From Octopus vulgaris (taxonomy: Eukaryota): 64,000 nucleotides of DNA. Below the pieces are notes generated by a model. That model ran no database searches. It worked only from the letters and a program-made list of their open reading frames with translations, and was not told the origin of the DNA. Made by a program: the position numbers and the translations under genes. The stretch covers positions 97,402,001-97,466,000 of the forward strand of contig OX597820.1 of the NCBI GenBank assembly GCA_951406725.2. Reading direction: 5' to 3'. This document shows positions 1-11,390 of the stretch, one piece after another; positions within the stretch are counted from its first letter, which is position 1; every line of letters begins with the position of its first letter.

Positions 1-600
1 TTGACGGCTGCAGGTCGATCGCAGTACGTTCGCCATAAGCATCCTGTCGCCGCCAATGAGCGCAGGATAGCTGCTCATAAAGAGCAGCTGGCGAGGAAGC
101 GTACGGATCGAGCAGCTACTGCTGAGGCCTCAGGCCAAAGACGCAGGGACTGCTGGTCAGACGAGGAAGTAGCAGTCCTCGTCGAGAAGGAGGCTGAGTT
201 ACTAGTAGCCGGGGCTAGATACATCAACGTAGCCATTGTGCGGTTCCTGGCAGGCAAAACAGCCAAACAGGTAGGAACCAAGAGGGTAGCTCTGACTAGA
301 AGGACCCGCGAGAGTCTTCAAGAGTAAGGGGCCGTCTTCTGCCAACTACCATCCACAAGTAGAGGATAGATATTCTCCTTGTTTTGACTGGAGAGATCGA
401 TTCCTCGACGCTGCATGTCCTGGGCATACCTGTTGGTCGGCGGCATTCTCCGAGGCCCTATTGGAACTCATTGAAGACGCGACTGCGGGTGCCTGGGATT
501 CTTTCGTTAGAAGCGTGGAGGTCTGGATGGAGCATTATAGGTTGCCAGGGGGTGTCGTAGTGTTAGGAATGGAGATAGCCCGCCGCCGAAATCTAAGCCT
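1..600 (+). mobile_element. Degraded N-terminal region of an R2-like (RLE-type) non-LTR retrotransposon: end of C2H2 zinc finger plus Myb-like domain
   Basis: ORF 1-327 reads GRSQYVRHKHP (zinc-finger end) then WSDEEVAVLVEKEAELL...INVAI...LAGKTAKQVGTKR, the ZnF+Myb layout of R2-group ORFs. Stop at 327; GC-rich sequence continues to ~600. Truncated by the window start. Confidence 0.65.
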
Positions 601-1033
601 AAGTTAGTTCGTTATAAAAACGATGATTAAGAAAAACAATAGGAAAATAGAACGATTGTAAATAGTTTATATAAGCATTCAAATGGTACTGCATGTGAGT
701 GGGGCCCATGCAGCCACTTCATTTTATATAACATCTCATTTTCATTCGTTTTATGTTTTTTGTCTCCACTGTGGTATTGTGTCTGTGTTTGTAGTGTCCC
801 CTCTGTGTTGTGGTCGTAGTACCAAATAAAGGAACAAGGCGTTGGTGTTGTAGTCGAGTCATTTGATTCTCTGTTGCATTTGATGTGTGTTCGCTTCATG
901 TGAGTCTTGTTGTTTGAATTGTTGAAGGTCTACATCATCCAGTCGTTGTATTACTGAATTGTGAAATTTATTGTTACCTGTGAATTTTTTATTTTCTTCC
1001 CTATTTATGGGTGAAGTTGTGAATAACAACATT

Positions 1034-2455
1034 ATGGAAAGTCAACCAGATCCAGCAGGCAGTTACGCTGCAGTAACTGGGAATAGTCTAACGGCAGATA
1101 TCCTGCAAGTAAGAGAAATTCGACTGAACGACACAAATTTTAAGAAATATAATGAATTGTTACGAAAGGAAGGAGACAGCCTGAGGCTGACGCCACCCAA
1201 GGAAATTTTGTAAAAGACCGAAGAAAGGACAATAATATACAGAACGCTGTCTATCGCTTCAAAAAGAGTTGAAATAGCTGCAGTAGAAGCAGTCGAAGAA
1301 TGCTTGAAAGAAATTAAAGATCTAACGACGTACTACACCAGAGGAAAGAAATACGGCACAGTGGAGGTACGCTTTGCGAGTGAACAAGAAGCGCTAAAAC
1401 ACTCCACTGTGCCTTTGAAATCAACTGAGTGGGTACTGCTACCAACCTACTGTGGAAAACATTCGGCCAGAGTTAGGATTGGTAGAGTGCCCTCAAAGAT
1501 TGACGAGGCGTGGCTGGTGGCAACTATCCTCTATAATACAGAAGAGGAAACCAAAATACTTAAAATCACAAGAACTACGGAGGTAAACTGCAGGGGATAC
1601 GGCCTTGAGGTGACGGTCCACATCGGTTTATCAGACCTCCACAAAGTTGCAGAGGATTTAGTGTTACCGGACGAGACGAAGCTAAGAGTTGTAGTGGAGG
1701 GAATACGTCCTATATGTTTCCAGTGTGAAGTACGGAGACATATGAAAGCTAAGTGTTCCTAGAAACACGAAGAGAAGGTGACGGAGATGGAACAGCAAGG
1801 AGAGGTAGAGGTGCAAGGCGTAGAGGAGCAAAGGCCAGCGGAAAATATGGAAGAATGATACACAGTGGTGAAGAGGAAGAAAAAACAAGAAAACGCGGAC
1901 TCACCACCAAACAGTCTCATGAAGAAAAGAAAAGTAAGAAAAGTAAAGAGACAAGGGCTACCAAAAGGAGGAAAAGCGAACGAACAGAAAAGAAACGAGA
2001 TGTCGGCAAAATTAAGCGAGAAAGACGAAGAGAGAAAACAGATTGAAAAAAAGCTAAAAAAAAAAAAATGTCATTAGGGTGAAGTTGGCGTCCAGGGAGT
2101 GAAATGAAGGAGTTAATGCAGTCTTGTATGTAAAAGAGGAGTGTGAAAGGTTGAAGGAAATATTCGGATAAATGATAGAGATTTTACCGTTACAGTTTCG
2201 ATTCACTGAGTTGTTACCGGTGGTAGTATTTGTTGACATAGTGGAATATCTAATATAAAGGAAAGTAAGTGAAATATTTAAAATTTTAAAATAAGGACTT
2301 TTAAAAAATGATGGAAAAAATAAGAATAATGAACTGTGTGATACATAAACAGGAAAATTGTCCCATCTTTATAAGAGGCCTTGTGCCTAATAAAAGAAAT
2401 CAGGATGTTGGTGTTGCCTTGGCGGAGATTTGCGCTGAGTGCTCGTTATTATTTA
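1034..2455 (+). pseudogene. LINE ORF1/gag-like pseudogene with CCHC zinc knuckle
   Basis: ORFs 971-1213, 1304-1762 and 1865-2077 share one frame, split by single stops. ATG at 1034; C-x2-C-x4-H-x4-C (CFQCEVRRHMKAKC) near 1715-1756; then a Lys/Glu-rich tail; ends at a (TAT)n tract. Confidence 0.65.
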
Positions 2456-2462
2456 TTATTAA

Positions 2463-2583
<121 letters not shown>

Positions 2584-2585
2584 GA

Positions 2586-2986
2586 TTGAGTGAGAGAGCA
2601 GTGCATGCTATCAAAGTGACACCGGGGTAAAATATACGAAGCCCAGTATACCCATCATGTCTACCCGTCTGATAAGGGCACACTAGGTACATGCATCTCA
2701 ACCATATGAGCGCGACATGGTGAATTATTCAAACTCCAAAGAATCCCTCTCAACACACGGCCATGATGCTCCCCCACTACTTATGCTCGTGATCAGAGAT
2801 GCACATATTGTCAGCCACTAAGGGACATGCTCAACTGGTTAAGGTCAAACAACTGACAAGCAAATCTCTGATATTGAGCAGAATATTTGCCGTAGCCCAT
2901 CTTTTATACCAAGACAAAACAATGTACATGATAACACTTCTAATCAGAGGGCCACGAGAGCCACTGCCTGGTACTGCATCAAGGTA
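2586..2986 (-). mobile_element. Non-autonomous ~550-bp (TAA)n-embedded element, internally deleted copy
   Basis: Matches 26421-26978 and 33331-33872; flanked by (TAT)n and (CTT)n/(ATT)n; internal deletion at GGTGA near 2720. Confidence 0.8.
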
Positions 2987-3098
2987 TATTCTTCTTCTTC
3001 TTCTTCTTCTTCTTCTTCTTCTTCTTCTTCTTCTTCTTCTTCTTCTTCTTCTTCTTCTTCTTCTTCTTCTTCTTTTTCTTCTTCTTCTTCTTCTTCTT

Positions 3099-3182
<84 letters not shown>

Positions 3183-3183
3183 G

Positions 3184-3390
3184 AGGTAGCCAGCTGACAG
3201 AAACGTTAAACGCTTCGCAGTGTTTCATTCGTCTTTTCACGTTCTGAGTTCAAATTCTGCCGATGTCGATTTTTACTTTTTACACTTTCAGGGTCAATGG
3301 GATAAGTACCAGTTGCTCACTGGTGTAGATGTAATGTAATCGACTTAACCCTCCGCCCCCCAAATATCAGGTTTTGTGCCTATAAATAGA
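3184..3390 (+). mobile_element. tRNA-derived SINE family B, diverged copy
   Basis: B box GAGTTCAAATTC and a diverged ...ggtc-ataagtaccag core shared with other family B copies. Confidence 0.7.
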
Positions 3391-3736
3391 AAGGATTTTA
3401 TATACGTGTTGAGCTATGCTAAGCAGACGAGTCACTAAATAAGGGCCCTGACAGAAACAAACCAAAAGAAAAAAAAAATAGGAAAAAATAGGAAAGATAA
3501 AATAAAATAATTGAAATGCTTTGTTACTGACCTCTTCTTTATAATTCTCCAATCTTAATTTGTTTATAAACATTGAAGAATATGTTTATATATCCATAAC
3601 CTTTGATCCTGACGGGACTGAAACCAATATCGGAAATTAACATAAGAAAACGAAGTCGAACATATTCCCACGTTCCATCTAAACGAGAGAATGTATGTAT
3701 GTACGTGTATGTATATTTATATACATCTGTATGTAC

Positions 3737-3782
<46 letters not shown>

Positions 3783-3806
3783 CATTATATATATATATGT
3801 ATACAT

Positions 3807-3893
<87 letters not shown>

Positions 3894-3903
3894 TACGTAT
3901 GCG

Positions 3904-3981
3904 AAGGCGCGTGACTTAGTGGTTAGGGCATTCCGCTCACGATCGTAAAGTCGTGAGTTCAATCCCCAGCGGCTCATAGTG

Positions 3982-3984
<3 letters not shown>
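3904..3984 (+). mobile_element. Truncated tRNA-derived SINE head (family C-related)
   Basis: A box TGACTTAGTGG and B box GAGTTCAATCCC between (TA)n tracts; related to the head at 32730-32810. Confidence 0.6.
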
Positions 3985-4031
<47 letters not shown>

Positions 4032-4195
4032 GACAATGAAACTGGGAGCCGGCCCTTATTGGCCAGGCATGGCTCAAGAAGGAACAAACAACAAACAATA
4101 TTACTATAGATGTACAACACATTATTGGTTATTATGATATTGTAATATAGATATCATCCTACCTAACCTATTATGTTGTAAAAAATATATAACAA

Positions 4196-4259
<64 letters not shown>

Positions 4260-4474
4260 GGCGGGGAGAATTCACAAAAAAAAACAAAAGACGAAGACAG
4301 GTGGTGTAGACAACAAACAGATGTATTAGTATAATGGTCGGGAAGTGAAAAAGTCTTTAACGTTTCGAGCCTATGCTCTTCCACAGAAAGGAACATATAT
4401 ATAACAATTGCAGCATGGAAGGTGTTTAAGAAACACACAAAAACCGTTAGATTCACTTCAACATTCAAATTTAA

Positions 4475-4525
4475 TTTGTCAAAGTATTTTCGTCACTTTG
4501 AGACCGCGACCTGTTCACTGACAAA
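4475..4525 (-). ncRNA. Type I hammerhead-like motif with G3-C8 swapped core
   Basis: Minus strand: TTTGTCA-GTGAACA-g-GTCGC(ggtctcaaa)GTGAC-GAAA-atac-TT-TGACAAA; 7-bp stem I, 5-bp stem II. Confidence 0.55.
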
Positions 4526-4580
4526 ATTCTGTGCTGCATCTAATATATAAATATATTAAACCTCGCCAAGTTAAATATTT

Positions 4581-4650
4581 AAACCACCTGATGAATGACT
4601 GCAACTCGAAAATTTAAAGAAATTAACAGCCATGAAACGATCGTAGTGTT
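4581..4650 (+). ncRNA. Type I hammerhead ribozyme motif (minimal, Penelope-type)
   Basis: aaccac-CTGATGA-ATGACTG...CAGCCAT-GAAA-CGATCG-TA-gtgtt; canonical core, palindromic stem III. Confidence 0.7.
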
Positions 4651-4779
4651 ATATTAATTATATTTTTTAAATAATTTTGTTATATATTTAAATAATATAA
4701 ATTAAATAATCTTATGTATTGGCTTAAGTTTTTCATTGTATGATTTGCCTAATAGTGGTTTTATCTCTAATTTAATATA

Positions 4780-4822
<43 letters not shown>

Positions 4823-5508
4823 GTTCAACATCACAATCAAGGAACGGCCATAATAGGCCATTCACCCACTAGAAATAACAGCCAAAGCTTCAACCGCAAA
4901 ATAACATTAATTCCGCAAACCAGGAGAAAATTAAAAAACATTTACCCTGTAATTTCTTATACGATGCACCGTTTCATCTACTGTTTAATGGTAAACTAAC
5001 CTGATTAAATTAAATCAAGCCAATCTTCCATAGGCCCTTAGATTCGTCAGTAAGAAATAGCCAGATTGGAACAGATATTTTCACGAGGCATTTCTGTCCC
5101 TGCCTCGGCAATATCTGACCTAAAATTTTCAAATCATCGCACTCGCGCCAAATTTATCGGCAGCAAATAAATATAAGCCGCCGATTCCATTACGGAATCA
5201 ACCAGAAAATTCATAATTAATCAATATAGGGTGGCAAAAAAATTTTGTAGAATTTTTTTGCCACCAGCGGCCTAGTGGGAAAAAAATTAAATAGTCATAG
5301 ACCATTTATAAGTTCAACATCACAATCAAGGAACGGCCATAATAGGCCATTCACCCACTAGAAATAACAGCCAAAGCTTCAACCGCAAAATAACATTAAT
5401 TCCGCAAACCAGGAGAAAATTAAAAAACATTTACCCTGTAATTTCTTATACGATGCACCGTTTCATCTACTGTTTAATGGTAAACTAACCTGATTAAATT
5501 AAATCAAG

Positions 5509-5513
<5 letters not shown>
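4823..5513 (-). mobile_element. Retrozyme-like / Penelope pseudo-LTR-like partial tandem (489-bp unit, ~1.4 copies) inserted in (TA)n
   Basis: 4823-5024 is repeated at 5312-5513 (period 489); (TA)n on both sides; contains a hammerhead and several hairpins; no ORF. Confidence 0.7.
4952..5058 (-). ncRNA. Intact type I hammerhead ribozyme
   Basis: Minus strand: ATTTCTTA-CTGACGA-ATCTA(58-nt loop)TAGAT-GAAA-CGGTGCATCG-TA-TAAGAAAT; perfect 8-bp stem I, all core nucleotides present, GUA cleavage triplet. Confidence 0.85.
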
Positions 5514-5569
<56 letters not shown>

Positions 5570-5574
<5 letters not shown>

Positions 5575-5990
5575 ATAAATAAAATATATGCATACATACA
5601 AACATATATGTACGTACCAACATCTACCTGTATATATACATGCATATATATAAATATATATACGTGAGTACAGGACACCACAACTAGACGTAGAACTCAA
5701 CGAAAAACGAAAACGGAAAAGCCATTTTTTTTACAACAAAAAACAGAGACGAAACGAAAACGGGAAAACATTTTTTACAACAGAAAAACAAGGTACAGGA
5801 CACACCACACAAGGAAAAAATCCCCAATCATCAGCTGTCACTAGCAGACTCAAGCGTGTTTCGAAGGCAAGACAGGACACGACTCGTCAATAACTAGGCC
5901 TACCTGCGAGAGAATTAAAATAAAATAACCTCGCAAAGGGGTAAAACAAGCACGAAAAAAATGTAACACAAAAAATGTAACAATAGAACT
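5570..5990 (-). mobile_element. Unclassified TA-associated interspersed repeat (family P), diverged copy
   Basis: Homologous to 22890-23370, 36780-37235, 51195-51650 and 59320-59520. Confidence 0.55.
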
Positions 5991-6041
5991 GCACAATGAA
6001 ATACAAGATAAAAATACAAAATTAAAAATACACGTGATTTA

Positions 6042-6602
6042 CAAGTCATTTCATCGATCACGGTTGGAGAACCACTAGGTCATTTTATCGATCATGTTTG
6101 GCGGAACGCTAAATAATTTTATCGAAATCGTTTGGCGAAACGCTACCCCATTTTAACGAACATTTTTGGCGAACCGCTAAGTCATTTTATCGATCCCGTT
6201 TGGCATAACGGTAAGTCATTTTATCCATCACGGTTGGAGAACCGGTACGTCATTTTATCGATCTCGTTTGGCGAACTGCTACCTCATTGCATCGATCTCG
6301 TTTGTCGAACCGCTAAGTCATTTTATCGGCTTCGTTTGGCGAACCGGTAAGTCATTTTATCGGCTTCGTTTGGCGAACCGGTAAGTCATTTTATCGATCT
6401 CGTTTGGCGAAACGCTAATTGATTTTATCGATCTCGTTTGCGGAAACGCTGTCATTTTATCTATCTTGTTTTGCGAACCGCTAAGTCATTTTATCCATCA
6501 CGGTTGGCGAAACACTAAATCATTTTATCGATCATTTTTGGCGAACTGCTATGTCCTTTTAAGGGTCCCCTTTAGCGAGCCGCTAAGTCATTTTATCGAT
6601 CT
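6042..6602 (+). repeat. 34-bp minisatellite, ~16 diverged copies
   Basis: Unit ~TAAGTCATTTTATCGATCTCGTTTGGCGAACCGC; period 34 (e.g. 6315 to 6349). Confidence 0.9.
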
Positions 6603-6879
6603 AAAGATGAATTAGGCTTTTGTGGAATACCAATGCTTCGAATTTCATCAAAATTGTAAATGAGGGTTATTTCCCTCTTTACACACCCAAACAAAATTGT
6701 AATCGTGCCGCATATATCTCTGATTTTTATGCGCAGATTCCAAAATTTCAGTCTTATAGAACCTGTTAAAAGGATTTTGCTCCTGAAAAATGGAGGTCAT
6801 TGAGCTCTAAAATGTGAGAGTTAACCTAGTACCCTAGTCGTTACCACTCCCAATGTAGTATTCCTCACCATCAAGGTGA

Positions 6880-7340
6880 CAGGCACAGCCGTTAGATGCA
6901 TTACGAATCTATAGCAATTGGAAGGACGTGACCCAACTGAAATAAACATTAACAACTGTGTGACTTGAGGGCTAAGGAGAAATGAAATTTGGAGTTTGCA
7001 AATACCACTATACTGATACGTATCTGGACAGAATAAATATGCAATCTATATATGTCTTTGAATAACCAGTCACTCATCTGAGAAGGCCTTGAAATCAATG
7101 TTACCATCTGGGGACTGTGTGTGACCCAGTGATAATAAAAAAAACTGAAAGGAGATCTGCAATCAAATGACTTTATTCAACACTTTGCAACTGAATCAGT
7201 GGAGACAAAGGTGCCTCTCATTTACTTGACAATTTATGCAGCACATTGCAGAAATCACAATGTAAGTGTATGTCATAGCAAACTGTTACTCTGTTGTACC
7301 ATTGAATTACAAATAATGCTCATCTTCTATGCTCGGATGA
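6880..7340 (+). pseudogene. Highly decayed pogo/Tigger DDE transposase remnant
   Basis: Across frameshifts near 7200-7250 reads like KVLL-LDN-YAAH, preceded by an RALK-LP-like segment. Confidence 0.3.
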
Positions 7341-8015
7341 CCCCACAGCTTCCAAGAGTACAACTATTCGTCTTTGCTTAGATAAAATGACAAACTTGTG
7401 GGTGTTAAGTCTCCATGAAGGGGTCTTTCTAACTTGTAAGAAGATGAAATTTTATAAATATTACTTCATTTGTATCTAATATCTATGGTTAAAATTTCAT
7501 CAACAGCAAAAATATATGAATTGTCATGGGGGTTATGGCCCTTATGCACAGAATATAATTTCCAAATTTCGTAAAGATCCATTCAGTACTTTTGACATAG
7601 TTTTGGATCATAAAAGAAATTACTAAAATTTGGGAGTTAAGGCCCCTACTAGGATGTTTTAGAATCATCATGTGAAGTGGAAACTTTGAGAATACTTCTT
7701 GATGTGTGTCAATTACCCATGGTTGAAATTTCATCAACATCGAAAATTTATGAATTTTCATGGGGGGTTCTGCCCCCTTTAAGCCATCTGAAATTCAAAC
7801 CAAACATATTGCATTATACCCGCCCTTATGCATTGAATCTAAGTTTCAAATATCATAAGGATCCATTCAGTAATTTTGGTCCATGAAATTGTATGAAACA
7901 CACAGCATTACCCTTCTCCCTAGGCTTCGATTTTGTATTCCAAATTTCATTATGATCTATAATGAATATGAATGTACACATATACATACATGTGTATATA
8001 TATATATGTGTGTGT

Positions 8016-8097
<82 letters not shown>

Positions 8098-8299
8098 AAG
8101 ATAAATTGATAGATACAACTGGGTGGGCAAACAATATGAGACACAGCGTAGTGCTTTTTTATGTTGATAAGCTTGGTACTTATTCTATTAGTTTCTTCTT
8201 GTGAAACCAGTAAGTTATGGGGATGTAAATAAACGAACAGCAGTTGTGAAGCAGTGATGAGGGTGAAACACAGAAACAAAGTCACACACATACACTTAA

Positions 8300-8423
<124 letters not shown>

Positions 8424-8459
8424 CATATATATATACATATATATATATATATACAGTTC

Positions 8460-9433
8460 CTAAAAACTAACTCAAATATATTTACTCGACCTGCGTTGCT
8501 TTCTGTCGTATCACAGCAATGTGCCTGAATTTTGTCGGTTATATCCCACTTCTCCACTGCTTAGTAAACAGCCATAGCTTGCTGTTCTCTTGAAGATGAT
8601 GGAATTTCAGGGACTCCCAAGAATTGCTCCTCGCCTTGCAAAGTTACTATTATTGTCAGTCTATCAACCTTTTCAACGCCTGTGACTGCTGGGAGAAGCT
8701 TTCCATCCCAGTGCAACTCTAATTCTTGACAATCGTTTAGGTTAAATTTGTGCTGTATTTCTGTGTCTCGCTTCTCTAAATTTTGTTCTAAGGCGTGAAA
8801 ATAAGTATACAAAGCACATAACATTATAAAAACGGAGAGGTTATAAGCATAGTATTACAACCTTGTCAGGGCTACCAACGCAACAGGGGAAGATCTATAG
8901 CATAATGCCCCACATCAAAATGAATGAGTGCTTACAAGTTATTACAAATAAATTAACTTATATTTACAAATGCGGACAAGTCATATTCACTCACCGTTTA
9001 TCACTAAAGTATATTTCTTAATATTCTATTTCTCTACATTACCATTCGGTGCAGTACAACTCTTTCAATGGACGAACGCGACTCACAACCTCACTCGCTC
9101 ACGGCTGGCCGCTGACTAGACTGACGGCGAAAGAATAGGCGTTTGCCCTATACCTGTGCTCTGTCCACAGCTTTGCAAGTTGCCTTCCCCACTATATTTA
9201 TTGTCACTTTTCCAAGTATAAATCTAAACAAGTTCTTAACTCAAGAGAAAATTATATAAGAGATAAAAAAATTACTTTCCGGGCGAAAACTCCAAAATTT
9301 CATGGTCGATAAGGGTCGCCTTGCAGTTGTTCGATTGAGCTAAAATTTTGCATAGATTAGTTTTTGTTAATAGGAACAAGATAGGGGGTGGGAGCTAAAC
9401 TTTTAGAAAGTTGAAAAATAAGGGCCATTCTAA
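8460..9433 (-). mobile_element. hAT-superfamily (hATm-like) transposon fragment with one terminus
   Basis: Peptides LHWDGKLLP...KVDRL...EQFLGVP and W-ITDKIQAHCCDTTESNAGR; TIR-like end TTAGAATGGCCCT at 9433 on the minus strand. Confidence 0.65.
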
Positions 9434-9709
9434 TGTGTACAATAGTTAAGGAATGGAGTACATTCCGGGCTACATATGTTTCATAGCGAGCGGAACCTCA
9501 GATGTGGTAAATATCCAAGGCTATTCTTCCGTCTCAGTAAACCACTATTGTCCTTGAAAGTTGTTTTTTATATTTACTACGGATTGCTTGCAGCTAACTT
9601 TCTTCCTACACCTTGATCCCGTATGTATGTATGTATGTATGTATGTATGTATGTATGTATGTATGTATGTATGTATGTATGTATGTATGTATGTATGTAT
9701 GTATGTATG

Positions 9710-10252
9710 TCAGGTAACTTTCGAGTGCTACTGGTAACATGTAACCCAGTACAGCCTGTTGCATGGTGGGGTCATAGGCGACTAAACCGGCAACCCCACC
9801 AAGCTTGCTTGGTGAGGAGGGTGTTTATTGGACACCCTGCGGGATGAAAATCAAAACCCGTCAAAGGGCGGAGGAACTCTTGAGAGTCAACGGCCATCCA
9901 ATAAATGCCTTAAGGCTGTATCATGCGCGGGGACATAGAAATAATCGGACTGAATATCCGATCGCGCGGTTAAACCATTGGGAGTGAAGGACTCCCAGCC
10001 TTTGTTAGGGCATCCTTCTAGGAGAAGGTAACTCGGGTAACTGGGATAACTCCGACATAAAACCTGCGGCTCAGTGGTTACAGATGATGTTGACTTGTTG
10101 GTCTTCTTGGCTGCTGTTGCTTAGTGAGTGGGATTGACTCAGTGCACAGCCTTTCCCCACTTATAAAAAAATCTTGCACAGGCATTGCACGATAACAACA
10201 TTGGTTAAGCTTCGTGCAATGGCTATACTCGATAACGAGGGGGCAGTCACCA
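9710..10252 (+). mobile_element. Non-coding ~540-bp element inserted in (TATG)n, probably RTE-derived
   Basis: (TATG)n on both sides; contains AGGCGACTAA and TCTAGGAGAAGG motifs resembling RTE 5' UTRs. Confidence 0.5.
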
Positions 10253-11157
10253 TGTATGTATGTATGTATGTATGTATGTATGTATGTATGTGTGTGTGTG
10301 TGTGTGTGTGTCAAATATTGGTTTCAGATTTTAGCACAAGGCCAGCAGGTTTTGTCGATCTAAGAGGGTCTAAGTCGATCAAATCTGGTATTTATTTTAC
10401 CGATCTCGAAAAGATGAAAGATAAAGACGACCTCGGTGGAATTTGAACTCAGAAGTGAAGACAGACGAAATGCCACTAAGCACTTTGTCCGTCGTGCTAA
10501 CGATTCTGCCAGCTCGCCGCCCTTCTGCTTCTGCTAAATATTAATGTATGCATATGTAGGCGTGGATGTGTGGTAAGATGCTTGCTTCTTAACTACATGG
10601 TTCCGGGTTCAGTCCCACTATGTGGTACCTTGGGCAAGTGTCTACTGCTATATCCTTGGGATGACCAAAGCCTTATGAATGGATTTGGTAGACGGAAACT
10701 GAAAGAAGCTCGTAGTGTATATATATATCATCGGTAGAACTTAAATCCGAAAAAGAAGCACACTCTAGGTTATAGAGTAGTATATATATATATGTTGAAT
10801 AGTGGGTGTCACTGAGTCTGTTTGTTCCCCCTCCATCACCGCTTGACGATCGGTATTGGTGAGTTTATGTCCCCGTAACTTAGCGGTTCGGCAAAAGATA
10901 CCAATAGAATAAGTACTAGACTTTAAAAAAATGTCATGTGGGTCGATTTGTTCGACTAAAACCATTCAAGGCAGTGCTCCAGCATGGCCGCAATCAAATG
11001 ACTGAAACAAGTCAAAGAATAACAATGAAAGAATATCCGTCTCTTTTGCCGAACCACTAAAGTTTAGACATAAACAAACGAACAGCGGTCATCAAGTATC
11101 GCGGAGGGGGACAAGCACAATGCAAACACACACAAACACTCACACCTACATATATAT

Positions 11158-11390
11158 ATTTCTTTATTACCCACAAGGGGCTAAACGTAAAGGGGACAAA
11201 CAAGGACAGACAAACGGATTAAGTCGGTTATATCGACCCCAGTGCGTAACTGGTACTATATTTATCGACCCCGAAAGGATGAAAGACAAAATCGACCTCG
11301 GCGGAATTTGAACTCAGAACGTAACGAGAGACGAAATACCGCTCAGCATTTCGCCCGGCGCGCTAACGTGTCTGCCAGCTCGCCTCCTTA
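11158..11390 (-). mobile_element. SINE family B, full copy with target-site duplication
   Basis: Head and B box on the minus strand; flanked by cacctacat(a/t)tata duplicates; empty site at ~18775-18790. Confidence 0.85.

Noticed and set aside
3904-3984. tRNA-like sequence (also 21860-21931 and 35290-35360)
   Set aside because: No proper acceptor stem; continues into SINE body in other copies.
6042-6602. Regular 34-bp repeat resembling a CRISPR array
   Set aside because: No unique spacers, no cas genes, eukaryotic context; it is a SINE-derived minisatellite.
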